NCBI RefSeq assembly: GCF_033153115.1
Contig: NW_026889754.1
Coordinates: forward strand, 4,278,001-4,342,000
Reading direction: 5' to 3'
Length of the DNA: 64,000 nt
Origin: Saccostrea echinata
Lineage: Eukaryota
A program made the position numbers and the translations under genes. Below are positions 41,317-51,831 of the stretch, piece by piece. Positions within the stretch are counted from its first letter, which is position 1, and every line of letters begins with the position of its first letter. A model generated the notes under the pieces. That model was not told the DNA's origin, ran no database searches, and saw only the letters and a program-made list of their open reading frames with translations.

Positions 41317-41549
41317 GTGATGTATGGACTTCCGGATGAAACTCGAAATAAAGTTCTCATATCCATAGAGACAAGTTCTGTAAAAATTATGAACTTTGTA
41401 TATAATCTGAGGAGTTTATCAAATAAGACATTCAATTTCTTGAATTTACCTACTATGGCTGTTACACTCTATAAAAGCGAACTTGGAGAGGGAAGAGTGG
41501 CGCGAGTTCTCGGAGGCAAAAATGAATTTCAAGTACGGTAGACCTAAGA

Positions 41550-42025
41550 ATTTTCTGCGATGACGACGAACCAAATGAAAAGGGACAATGCCTATCTCTG
41601 AGCAGATGGAAAAATCTGCTAAATAATATTGGAGAGATTGAAGAAGTGATCGAAAAAATGAAGGGTCAGAAGAAAATCAGCTTCCATTTCCATTTAGGAG
41701 GAAATGTCTATGTAAGCATAGGCAGCCCATACTCCTGCGTAAACATCAGAAGGTTCAAGAATGGTACTATTCCAACTCTTGATGGACTTTCAGTAAATCC
41801 CTGCAATGGGAACACCTACTGACAATCCTTGATGAGATAAACTTTCGCATTCCCCTTGACAGGAAACAGTCATTCCTTGTGAATTATCTGAGGACTACCA
41901 AAACCAGCTAGGGATGCTAAGTTGCAAGGAATGCAATCCATACTAGTGGGAGAAGTACTGCTGATTTCGAACGTTTCATAGACGCTTTAAAGAGAGAAAA
42001 AAAACCAAGAAAAGACTTATTTTGA
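41550..42025 (+). pseudogene. PC4-like ssDNA-binding protein remnant, Polinton-associated
   Basis: FHLGGNVYVSIG..CVNIRRF..PT..GL and PC..YQNQLG..CKECNP fragments, adjacent to the ATPase remnant. Confidence 0.5.
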
Positions 42026-42154
42026 AGAAAACAAAGTGTGTATTGTATATCTACAAATAGTGAGTATTTTTTAAAGATGTCTTTATTTGAATATGCATGC
42101 ATGTGGTTATAATAAAAGAAGATACAGATGTATGATTTCATTCACTTTTTAAAT

Positions 42155-42600
42155 CATGGTGATAGTGTGAACAAGTTTCCCTTCAACAGTCATACAACCA
42201 TATCTATATCTGGTTGTACAGGTTCTGATCAAACTACTTGAGTACGAAAATTAATAAAATACGCTCAAAGAATGTTCGAGGGACCAAGTTCTTCTAAAAT
42301 GTTATATTGGTACAGTATTTATCATTTGACGAAATGGAGAAAGAGTCACAGAATTTAATATTTTACAAGGTTTGCCTTCAGAGTCGGATATTAACGTCTC
42401 CTGTCAAAATGGAGAACATAACATGGTTATCATTGACGATTTAATGCATAAAGTGATTAAAAATGGAGAAATGGAGAGGTCATTTACTCAAGGGACCCAT
42501 CATCGGTAACTGACAATTGTCTATTTAAATCAAAATATGTACTGTCAAGATAAACACTCAGAAATATTAATCTTGCGAACTTCATGGTAATGGCCATTGT
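42155..42600 (+). pseudogene. Degraded Polinton packaging ATPase
   Basis: Decayed Walker A ISGCTGSDQT, Walker B VIIDDLM, and FTQGTHHR..IVYLNQNMY; collinear with the intact ATPase at 51145. Confidence 0.75.
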
Positions 42601-43184
42601 CATAAAGTAAATGACCTTTGACTTTGAAATCAATATGGGTCAACTGCTTGTTGCAACCAACCTGTTTAAATAGTTTTATAATGGTGATCCAGTATAAGGC
42701 TTTCCAGATAATGATCGTGAAGTATTTCAAAAGAAGGAGCATAAAGCCTTAGGACCTTGACTCTTTTGACCCAAAATCAAATGGGTGAACTTTTTTTTTT
42801 GTTTTTTTTGTTTTTTGTTTTTTTTGGGTCCAGCATATGTCAGAAGTTTCATGACAATCATGCAAAAGACTCCAATGACACCAGTATTGCATAAAACCTC
42901 ATAACCTTGACCTTTTGACTTCAGGATATTGATTGGGCAAGTCACAGTCTACATAGTTACAGACAGCCCAACATTTTTAATCTGCCCTCTTCTTCAAACA
43001 GATGAATAAATATACATAGATATCGTAATTTTTATATTTTTACAACAAATTGCAGAGTGTCAAGTCTCATTAAGATGAAAATTTTATAGTCTAAAGAATA
43101 AACATAATTTGTTTTGATGTTTTATTAGGCTGTAGCATTGTTAATCAATAATAAACTATACAATAAACAGATTGGCATTTGTTT

Positions 43185-43410
43185 AACTCTAACACACCCA
43201 GTTAAGAAATATCTGATGAATTATTTGTTTTAATTAATACTTATACCACAGGATATGTATGTACATCAATTAATCAAACATTATAAGGAATGGAAAAACC
43301 ATTGAAATCTTTGTATCAAGGTTGAAATGATTTCTTGCACTATAAACTGTTTATGATAGTTAAGCAATATTTGAAGAGAATAGCATGCTGTGGTGGGGCA
43401 TTTTATTATT
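43185..43410. repeat. Dispersed repeat also present at ~25082-25292
   Basis: Shared blocks ctttgtatcaaggttga, ttcttgcact.taaactgtttatga and catgctgtgg.ggggca. Confidence 0.7.
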
Positions 43411-43422
43411 CAAAGAACTTTA

Positions 43423-44000
43423 TTATTCAGAGTCGGTATCTATCTGATAAAATTCTGTGTCTCCAAATATTTTACTCACAACATTACAAACAATAACAGC
43501 TGATGCATATGACCATATTTGACACAACTTCATGACATCATCTGGGTTAAATATAAGATGACAATTTTTAACAACCCCATCAGTAACTTTATCTGTTAAA
43601 CCATAGGTTAACTCAAATTGAAAAACACTGTCAAATTCAACTGACATTTGATATTTCAAAGCTAATAACTTTTGTTTGAGAAATCTTGTCTTCTTCAGAC
43701 ACCTCTCTACTCATTTCTTCCTCTGCTTCCTCTTCCTGTTCTGTCATTTGGTAAGCTTTGTGGGTGTTAGGACAAGTGTCATCATCACAACTACATTTCT
43801 TCTCACAAACATCACAGTAATTATGAATTGGCATAATATTAGTTTTTTTTCCCATGACATTTGCTTTCGGGTGAAACACAATAAAGGGAACAGTAATGTT
43901 GCACTTGGGGGTAAAAAATTAACGTCTTTATTTTGCCCCAAAAATATTTTTTCTAAAGAGTAGAGTCTCTAAAGGATCTAAAGCATAAACGGTTTTGCGA
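43423..44000 (-). pseudogene. C-terminal part of a RecQ-like helicase (Academ-type)
   Basis: HNYCDVCEKKCSC Zn motif followed by GLTDKVTDGVVKNCHLIF..DV tail; multiple frameshifts. Confidence 0.5.
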
Positions 44001-45463
44001 AATTCATATTAGAACTTTATTTTTTACAAGCTGATAATAACCTCATTTTCACAGGTGTTGTTTTCTTTGAAATAAATATTGAAAACTGTATATAAACATA
44101 ATTTTTCCAACTGCTCACAAACAAACAACATATAAAAATACATAATATGGACAAAAGTTGGACTGGAAAAGGTGGTAATACTTTAAAATGAACACATTTC
44201 TTACATCGTACATTTTTGTTTAAAAATGGTAGTATTTCAATTTATCTGAACTCTTTAATTCCAATTTAAATAAAGAAAAAAATATTTATATATAACATTT
44301 TTAATATCTTTGTTGTAACAAAAATACTTCCATTAAAATATGATATTTCATTTTCATAAATTGTTGTAAAATAATTTGATAGCTTTATTTAGTTACAGAC
44401 ACTACAAAATCCAAATATTTAAGATTGGCTTTGGGCATTGAAAATAAATTTTTTTTTATAAACTTCTGAACTATTAGAAATCAGATTTAAATGATTTATT
44501 AAATACAAAGTATATGAAAATTAGATATTATTTCAAGTAAAAACAATTTACTTGCAGAACTAATGCTAATAGGAAAGAAATATTCAATTTAGAAAATTCT
44601 GAAACTTCCTGTTTTCACATAACTATATAACTAAAGTGCAGAACAAAAGTTCTCTAACTCACTAACGTTTTATGAAAACTATTTAGATTTTGATACACTG
44701 GTCAACGAAGTCAATCAACCGAATTTAAGGGTTACGGACACTACACGAGACTGTCTGGCAAAAATGAACTTTTTCATAGTCTTTTGCCATCTTCTTTTTC
44801 ATTTTTTTTTTCGTTTCAGTTTCTCCTGATTTTTTGATTCTTCGGGTCTCAACTCCATCTGATAAAAGCATACCATAACCAATATACTTTGTCTATTTTA
44901 ATTTATACACTTGTAACGTTATACAGGTATCATGTGCAAGTAGAAAAGTCAAATCTTAAAGAATGTAGCTCACTTATTTCTTTAATGTATTTTTATTTTA
45001 TTCTGTGAAGCATTCTGTTTTTCTTCAAACAGTTAAATATACAATACTTAATCTGAACTTGGTGTAATTTTAGTTGTTTTCCTACGAGTCTTTTCCTACG
45101 TAAGTGGCCTTGAATCCTAAAGCAGTTATTTTTTTGCACTGTTCAGACATGAAGCATTAGTGAACATATGATTTACAGGAAATTGATGGAAATCAGCGGC
45201 GTTATTATTACGATGCATGCTCCTGGAAAAAGTACTGGAATGCATTCATAGGTCTTGGATTTTCCACTTCCTGTTTTGGTACCGACATAAACATGTTCTG
45301 TCCATTACAGCCTTCACAGCTTTCTTTTGATTCGGTCTGAGCGAGGGAATATTAAATCTTCTGCAAATATCGGCTTCGATCTTATCTTCCATGGACGAGC
45401 CTTTTTTTGATGGTTACTGCTCATGTTATGTAAACTCTGATTGGCTGAAAGAAGTATAAGGAG

Positions 45464-45630
45464 CCTGGATGGCCGGGTCAACTGAGTGCACTTTTGTCCC
45501 CCCAGATCCTGGATGGCCGGGTCAACTGAGTACACTTTTGTCCCCCCCCCCCCCAGATCCTGGATGGCCGGGTCAACTGAGTACACTTTTTTTAGTGCCC
45601 CAGATGACCGGTTCAATCTAGTATACACAC
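45464..45630. repeat. Subterminal GC-rich tandem repeat (~44-bp unit, 3 copies plus 1 degenerate)
   Basis: cctggatggccgggtcaactgagt.cactttt starts at 45464, 45508 and 45559. Confidence 0.9.
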
Positions 45631-45861
45631 TGGAAAAACCCAAGTAAAAAAAAAGGGGGGGTCTACGTTTAATCTACGTTTTGTGCTGACTCAGGCCTAG
45701 GCAATACACAATCTTGGCATCGATTCAAGTATACCATTGTGACGTCATGTGTGTCATTCACACAGAGCAAACCTCTCTCTATTTTCTGAAAACGGAAAAA
45801 ACAATAACACAGTCAAAAGTGTGCAAGATGATTTATTCAAAGTAAAAAATGTACATAATAT

Positions 45862-46179
45862 TTACTTTTTCTTCTGGAGTTTCAGGGTCTTCTCCGTCTG
45901 GGTAGCAGGAAGTTTCCTCTTGTTGTTAGCCTGCTTTTGATCCTGACTAGTCTCTATTTTCTTTTCTAGATTTCCAATCTCATTCATTATCACTCCTCTA
46001 AACACACGAATCTCAGTAATCATGTCTTCTTTAAACTCACAAATAGTCTGTTGAAGTATCTCCATTACATTGGTCATTTGATCTAAGATATCGCATATCA
46101 AACTTCTTTCATTTCCTTCAATACTATCCTGTGTCTCTGGTAAGGTTGCAGGTAAATTCATGGACTTTTCCTCTGCCAT
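45862..46179 (-). CDS. Small coiled-coil hypothetical protein divergent from PolB
   Basis: 105-aa ATG ORF with heptad-like acidic helix; AATAAA follows on the minus strand (~45831-45836). Confidence 0.55.
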   Translation of the reverse strand: MAEEKSMNLPATLPETQDSIEGNERSLICDILDQMTNVMEILQQTICEFKEDMITEIRVFRGVIMNEIGNLEKKIETSQDQKQANNKRKLPATQTEKTLKLQKKK

Positions 46180-46320
46180 ATTTTTTTACGTCTGTCTAGT
46201 ACCAAGTGCCCACTAAGACTGATCCTAAAATTTCCAGCTCTGCTTTTGTACGTACTGTGTACGTCTCAATACTTAGTCTTGGATCAGCGAGCTACCTAGG
46301 CATTGTGACTTCATACACTG

Positions 46321-46355
46321 TATAAATACAGCCTTTCTCCGACTTTCAGCTCATT
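46321..46355 (+). promoter_or_regulatory. TATA + Inr promoter of PolB
   Basis: TATAAATA at 46321, TCATT at 46351, ATG at 46376. Confidence 0.65.
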
Positions 46356-46375
46356 TTGTTGTCAGATCTATCAAG

Positions 46376-49300
46376 ATGAATTTTGATAGTGCCTTGAAAC
46401 AATTGTTACATGCACAACAACTTATGAGATGGAAAAAACGGGAGAAAGAATTAGAAAGAATTATTTCTCGACAGAGAACCAGAGAATTAGTTCTCAGGAA
46501 AAAAAATGCCAGATTAATGGAAAGATTAAAGAGAGCCAAAGCCAACCGAGCTCAACATCTACAAGTTTTAAGGAATCTACCTGAAGAAGAACTACCCTCT
46601 CCGTCTTCATCACCACCTCATTCACCACCACCACCACCGAAGCCAAAGACCATTTCCCAGTATTACCAACTGAGACTCAATAAAGCTAAGCATTCCAGAA
46701 AATTTAAAGCTAAAGAAGATGTCTACAGTGTGAATTTTAAAGAATTTCCAGAGGAGGAAAACAGAGGCTTTGTTCAGCGATTATTTAGAGACATGCTACA
46801 GAATGTCAAATATCAAATGCAGTGTAACCCTAACGATTATGTACGCCTGAACATTCACCACCCTTCTCTGGATTCCGACATTTGGTGCGAGTTTACGCAA
46901 TGTAAACATTTAAACGAGGACGTCATTTTAGACAAAATAGAAGCCGTGCAACAATCCAAGAAAGATTTTAAACTGGGAGACGGGTCTATGGAATTCGACA
47001 TGTTTCACGTCAAATATCCAGAAGGCAGTGGTGGACAGAATACCAAACACCTGATGGTCAACAAGGACAGTTTTAAGAAAAATAAACGATGCATCGTTCA
47101 GATCGACAATCCTTGGGATAAATTTTGTTTAGCTCGAGCCATTGTAGTCACCCGGTTACACAGTCAAAAACCGGAAAATCCAGAGAGTTTAGTTGAATGG
47201 GAAAAATTATGGAAACGCATGAGGTTAGGAGATGTAAGAGCTAATGACCAGAAAAACGAAGCTATAGCTCTCATGGAACAAGCCGGGTGTGATATTCATC
47301 AGCCTTGTGGACCCGAAGAATGGGGAAAATTACAACAGGTGTTAGCCCCTCGCTATCGACTGAAAATATTTCAGTTCAAGTCCACCTCCTCTAAACTCGG
47401 TTTAGAGCCCATATACAAAGGCGTCGGAGATGGAACTTGTTTAAATGTTTTGTTAGACCATCATCATTACAATGCTATTTTGTCTATGCCAGGTGTGACA
47501 GGCAATCAATACTATTGTGATCATTGCGATGTGGGCTACAGGAAAATCACAGACCATCGTACCAAGTGTCCTTACCGATGTTCCTTTTGTTTAACGGACA
47601 CGCCCTGCCCTCCAGACGGGAGCCACATTCAATGTTATCAATGCCAGGGATTTTTTCAGAGCAGAACTTGCTACGAAAACCATTTACGACCTCACAGTAA
47701 GAATACGGCCACAACAGTATGCAGTTTAATGGGACGATGCGACCATTGTGAGAAATGGATGCCTAAAATGTTACTCCCTCATCATCATTGCGGAGGACAG
47801 AAACAATGTAAGATCTGTAAGAAAACTGTAGACACGGATCATCAGTGCTACGTTCAACTGAAGCCTGAGAAAAAGAAAAAGAAAGGCAAAGAGACATTAC
47901 AGTTTTATATTTATTTCGATTTCGAATGTACACAAGAAAACGGCATCCACGTCCCTAATTTATGTGTGGCACACCGCGTATGTCAGCATTGCGGACACTT
48001 ACCCATAGAAGATCCCTGTCCTCACTGTCGACACATGGGACCCCGTCAACACGTGTTTAAAGGGCCAGATACCTTAAAACACTTCATGGACTGGTTATTA
48101 CAACCCGACACAGGCAATAAGAATTCCGCCTTATTACACGACGAGGCCATCATCATTGCCCACAATTTCAAAGGATATGATGGACAGTTCATTTTAAATT
48201 ACCTGGTGCATTTCGCCTGCATGACGCCTACAGTCATCATGAACGGCAGTAAAATCTTATCCATGCAAATCTGCGGATTGAAATTCATCGACTCGTATAA
48301 TTTTTTACCTTTTGCTCTGTCTAAAATGCCCTCTGCTTTCGGATTCACCGAACTGAAAAAAGGGTATTTCCCTCACTTTTTTAATACAGAACAGAACCAG
48401 AATTATGTGGGGCCTTATCCACCGGCGGCATTCTACAATCCGGACGACATGTCTATAAGTGGACGACAGGCTTTTTACCAATGGTACGAACAACAAGCCG
48501 GAAAAGTGTTTGATTTCCAGAAGGAATTTTTAGACTATTGTATTTCAGACGTCGATATTTTACGACGATGCTGTGCTCAGTTTCGAGCCACTCTCAAGAC
48601 CTTAGTCCATGTAGACCCCTTCCAGGAATCCATCACTTTTGCCAGTGCGGCCAATTTAGCTTACCGTCGAGGATTCATGCCCGAAAATACCATTGCCATC
48701 ATTCCCAACATGGGGTATCAGCCTGCGCGTCAATATTCCGCCAAAGCCTGTCGTTGGTTAAGCTGGATGAGTCACCAGAGCGGATCTCACATACGACATG
48801 CTAGAAACGGAGGAGAAGTGAAGATCGGAAGTTATACTGTAGATGGATACCAGGAAGCTACTCGTACCATCTACGAATTTTACGGATGCTATTGGCACGG
48901 ATGCCCTACTTGCTATCCCAATTTACAGACCGAAACTCATCCTCACCGGACACAATTTACTTACCAGGAATTACACGAGGAAACCTTAAGGAGGAATACG
49001 GTCTTAGAGGAAATGGGGTTTTCCGTACATAGTATCTGGGAACACGATTTCGATCAACAAGTACAAAGAGAGGTGGCATTACAGAATTATGTACGAGATC
49101 TGGACATTCCAGATCCTTTGAACCCCCGAGAAGCCCTGTACGGAGGCCGCACCAATGCTACACGCTTGTATTGTGAGGAGGGGGACATGAGATACGTGGA
49201 CGTCTGTTCCTTATACCCTTACGTGTTAAAACACAGACCTTTTCCCTTAGGCCATCCTCAGATCATTACAGACCAATTCCAGGACGTGAGAACTTATTTC

Positions 49301-50455
49301 GGCCTCATTCACTGTCGGGTCTTACCACCCCGAGGGCTTTATCACCCCGTTTTACCTTATCGCACAGGAGGCAAGTTATTATTTCCATTATGTCAAACTT
49401 GTGCGGAACGACAGGACTCTACTTCTAAACATCGATGTCAACACACAGACCAGGAACGCAGTCTTACAGGTACTTGGGTGACTACAGAATTACATAAAGC
49501 CTTAGACATGGGATATACCTTAGAGCGGATTTACGAGGTTTGGCATTTTCCAGAAAGCAGTCAAGATTTATTCAGATCTTACATCGATACCTTCTTAAAG
49601 ATCAAACAGGAAGCCTCTGGATTCCCACCTGATTGTCAGACGGAGGAACAGAAACTAGATTACATTCGTAAAGTCATAGACAGAGAAGGCATTAGAATGG
49701 ACCTATTAAGTATAGAAAAAAATCCGGTGCGAAGAACCATAGCCAAACTCTTTTTAAATTGCCTGTGGGGAAAATTCGCTCAACGCCTGTTATTACCTAA
49801 AACTCGATACATGACCGAAGAAGAGGAATTACAGCAACTCTTACAAGATTCGACCATTGACATCAAAGGGCTAGAACTCTTAGAAAATAAAGAGCAGCCC
49901 GAATCGGACATAATGCTGGTGAATTATCAAGAGAAACAGGAATTCGTAGAAGAGTGTCCCTTCGGAAACGTGGTACTTGCCTGTTTCACTACCGCTCATG
50001 CCCGATTACACCTCTATGAGACTTTACAACCTTTAGGAGATCGGGACCTTTATTTCGATACGGACAGTATCATATACCAACATAAGGAGGGACAATTTAA
50101 TCCTACCCTTGGCCACAGTTTAGGAGAATGGACCGACGAATTAGACGGGGACCACATTATTAAATTCATGTCAGGAGGTCCTAAAAATTATGCTTACCTC
50201 ACCGCCAAGGGAAATTCCGTGTGTAAAGTCAAAGGATTGACTCTTAATTATCGGGCTTCCAATATCGTGTCACCAGAGACATTAGAAAAAATGCTCAAGA
50301 AAGAAACGGATGAAATCCAAGTCTCGTATCCTTACAAAATACAGACGACTCGTCAACATGAAGTCAAGACAGTACCTTTAGAAAAACAATATAGAATTGT
50401 CTATGATAAGAGACAGATCATGAATGATTATAATACTCTACCTTATGGTTATTAA
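46376..50455 (+). CDS. polB: Protein-primed family B DNA polymerase, 1359 aa, uninterrupted
   Basis: ExoI YFDFE, ExoII HNFKGYD, ExoIII YCISD; Pol motifs DVCSLYP, KLFLNCLWGKF, YFDTDS and KNY. Confidence 0.96.
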   Translation: MNFDSALKQLLHAQQLMRWKKREKELERIISRQRTRELVLRKKNARLMERLKRAKANRAQHLQVLRNLPEEELPSPSSSPPHSPPPPPKPKTISQYYQLRLNKAKHSRKFKAKEDVYSVNFKEFPEEENRGFVQRLFRDMLQNVKYQMQCNPNDYVRLNIHHPSLDSDIWCEFTQCKHLNEDVILDKIEAVQQSKKDFKLGDGSMEFDMFHVKYPEGSGGQNTKHLMVNKDSFKKNKRCIVQIDNPWDKFCLARAIVVTRLHSQKPENPESLVEWEKLWKRMRLGDVRANDQKNEAIALMEQAGCDIHQPCGPEEWGKLQQVLAPRYRLKIFQFKSTSSKLGLEPIYKGVGDGTCLNVLLDHHHYNAILSMPGVTGNQYYCDHCDVGYRKITDHRTKCPYRCSFCLTDTPCPPDGSHIQCYQCQGFFQSRTCYENHLRPHSKNTATTVCSLMGRCDHCEKWMPKMLLPHHHCGGQKQCKICKKTVDTDHQCYVQLKPEKKKKKGKETLQFYIYFDFECTQENGIHVPNLCVAHRVCQHCGHLPIEDPCPHCRHMGPRQHVFKGPDTLKHFMDWLLQPDTGNKNSALLHDEAIIIAHNFKGYDGQFILNYLVHFACMTPTVIMNGSKILSMQICGLKFIDSYNFLPFALSKMPSAFGFTELKKGYFPHFFNTEQNQNYVGPYPPAAFYNPDDMSISGRQAFYQWYEQQAGKVFDFQKEFLDYCISDVDILRRCCAQFRATLKTLVHVDPFQESITFASAANLAYRRGFMPENTIAIIPNMGYQPARQYSAKACRWLSWMSHQSGSHIRHARNGGEVKIGSYTVDGYQEATRTIYEFYGCYWHGCPTCYPNLQTETHPHRTQFTYQELHEETLRRNTVLEEMGFSVHSIWEHDFDQQVQREVALQNYVRDLDIPDPLNPREALYGGRTNATRLYCEEGDMRYVDVCSLYPYVLKHRPFPLGHPQIITDQFQDVRTYFGLIHCRVLPPRGLYHPVLPYRTGGKLLFPLCQTCAERQDSTSKHRCQHTDQERSLTGTWVTTELHKALDMGYTLERIYEVWHFPESSQDLFRSYIDTFLKIKQEASGFPPDCQTEEQKLDYIRKVIDREGIRMDLLSIEKNPVRRTIAKLFLNCLWGKFAQRLLLPKTRYMTEEEELQQLLQDSTIDIKGLELLENKEQPESDIMLVNYQEKQEFVEECPFGNVVLACFTTAHARLHLYETLQPLGDRDLYFDTDSIIYQHKEGQFNPTLGHSLGEWTDELDGDHIIKFMSGGPKNYAYLTAKGNSVCKVKGLTLNYRASNIVSPETLEKMLKKETDEIQVSYPYKIQTTRQHEVKTVPLEKQYRIVYDKRQIMNDYNTLPYGY

Positions 50456-50522
50456 AAACATACTGTATTTCAAAATGTGTTTTTATTTTATGTGGGGAAA
50501 ACCCTTAAAAAATGAAGGGGGT

Positions 50523-50558
50523 TATAAAAAGGGGGCAAAAATATTTTAACACTTCAGT
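50523..50558 (+). promoter_or_regulatory. TATA + Inr promoter of IAP
   Basis: TATAAAA at 50523 and TCAGT at 50554; implies the true ATG is 50560. Confidence 0.6.
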
Positions 50559-50559
50559 C

Positions 50560-51102
50560 ATGGCTGTTCATTCTAGGGAGCCAGAGGGGGTTCCTCATTA
50601 CCCTAACTATGCTCTGCTCTTAAAGAGAGAAGCTACCTTTAAAGAGGGATGGCCCGAGTCTTTAAAAGGATTATTACCCAACCTAGCCAAAGCCGGATTT
50701 TATTACAGGGGAGTGGGTGATAAGACCATCTGTTTTCATTGTGGTATGACTTTAAACTGCTGGAAACCCACAGACGATCCTTATGTAGAACATGCTTATT
50801 GGAACCCTAATTGTCCTTACATCAATACCTACAAAGGACGTGAGTGGGTGATGATCGTATTCATTAACCATTTACTCCGGGTGGGATACAAAGTTTCACC
50901 TGAAATTAAACCTCTACTAGAGCAAACCTTTACAGAGATTCAGGCCACAGGAAAATGTCACATTTGTTTAGAGGGAGAATTACAAATGGCTTTACTCCCT
51001 TGTGGACACATATGTTGCTGTTCATTATGTGCTCCCACCTTCCGGTATTGCCCCATCTGTCGATCCGATGTGAAGAGAACCCAACGTATATTTCTGTGTT
51101 AA
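50560..51102 (+). CDS. iap: Inhibitor of apoptosis: one BIR domain + C-terminal RING (ORF track starts at 50512)
   Basis: BIR: REATF..W..LAKAGFYY..D.TICFHC...W...DDP..EH..WNPNC. RING: CHIC...LPCGHICCCSLC...CPICR. Confidence 0.92.
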   Translation: MAVHSREPEGVPHYPNYALLLKREATFKEGWPESLKGLLPNLAKAGFYYRGVGDKTICFHCGMTLNCWKPTDDPYVEHAYWNPNCPYINTYKGREWVMIVFINHLLRVGYKVSPEIKPLLEQTFTEIQATGKCHICLEGELQMALLPCGHICCCSLCAPTFRYCPICRSDVKRTQRIFLC

Positions 51103-51144
51103 ATAAAAAGGATTGAAACCCTATTTTTCTCTTCATTTATCATC

Positions 51145-51786
51145 ATGCAACCTGACGAGACACTCCCGTCTTTTCAATTAAAACACGAATTTACCATGGT
51201 GGTAGCAGGACCATCTAAATCGGGGAAAACGGAATTTGTTAAGAAATTAGTGGAAAATTTACATTGGATTACCCCCATGCCACAAAAAATTGTCTGGTGT
51301 TATCGAGAATGGCAACCTGCTTATACTTCTTTAACAGATCAGATCTCCTTCATTCGAAATATTCCAGAAGACGATGAGAAATTAGTAGCCAATTTAAGTA
51401 TTCCTCACTTACTCATTTTTGACGACATGATGGGAGGAAAAGCCATCGAATCGATCGTGGATTGGTTTACCCGTAAAGCGCATCATCGGAATACCAGTGT
51501 GATTTACATTACTCAGAATTTATTTGATCGGGCACCACAACATCGCACTATTAGTTTGAATGCTCATTATTTAGTGTTGTTTAAAAATCCCAGAGACAAA
51601 TCTCAAATCAGTGTCTTGAGTCGACAGTTAGCCTTACCTCATTTGATGTCGGCCTATCAAGAAGCCACCAGTGTTCCTCACGGGTATCTCCTGGTTGACT
51701 TGAATCCACGCACCCCAGACGAATACAGATTGAGAAGTCGATTGTTTGAATTGTTAACTATACACATGCCACAAGAGTATAAATAA
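51145..51786 (+). CDS. A32/FtsK-like genome packaging ATPase
   Basis: Walker A GPSKSGKT, Walker B LIFDD, HHRNTSVIYITQN and FKNPRD. Confidence 0.92.
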   Translation: MQPDETLPSFQLKHEFTMVVAGPSKSGKTEFVKKLVENLHWITPMPQKIVWCYREWQPAYTSLTDQISFIRNIPEDDEKLVANLSIPHLLIFDDMMGGKAIESIVDWFTRKAHHRNTSVIYITQNLFDRAPQHRTISLNAHYLVLFKNPRDKSQISVLSRQLALPHLMSAYQEATSVPHGYLLVDLNPRTPDEYRLRSRLFELLTIHMPQEYK

Positions 51787-51831
51787 AAATGTACCAACAT
51801 TACACTTGTCATTTATCATTATACAGTCGTC

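Larger units (their letters stand above)
39160..41345 (+). pseudogene. Heavily decayed CMC (EnSpm/Mirage-like) transposase
   Basis: LNTDGVPVFK, LAALWFGNEKP, ATADL, MQFNGKFG, MHGVLLGV and YWKASEYR.FLLY fragments in order. Confidence 0.7.

Noticed and set aside
45464-45630. CRISPR-like look of the 44-bp repeats
   Set aside because: No unique spacers (units differ only in C-run length), no cas genes, eukaryotic context.
50512-50559. First ATG as IAP start
   Set aside because: It lies upstream of the TATA box and Inr; 50560 is more plausible.
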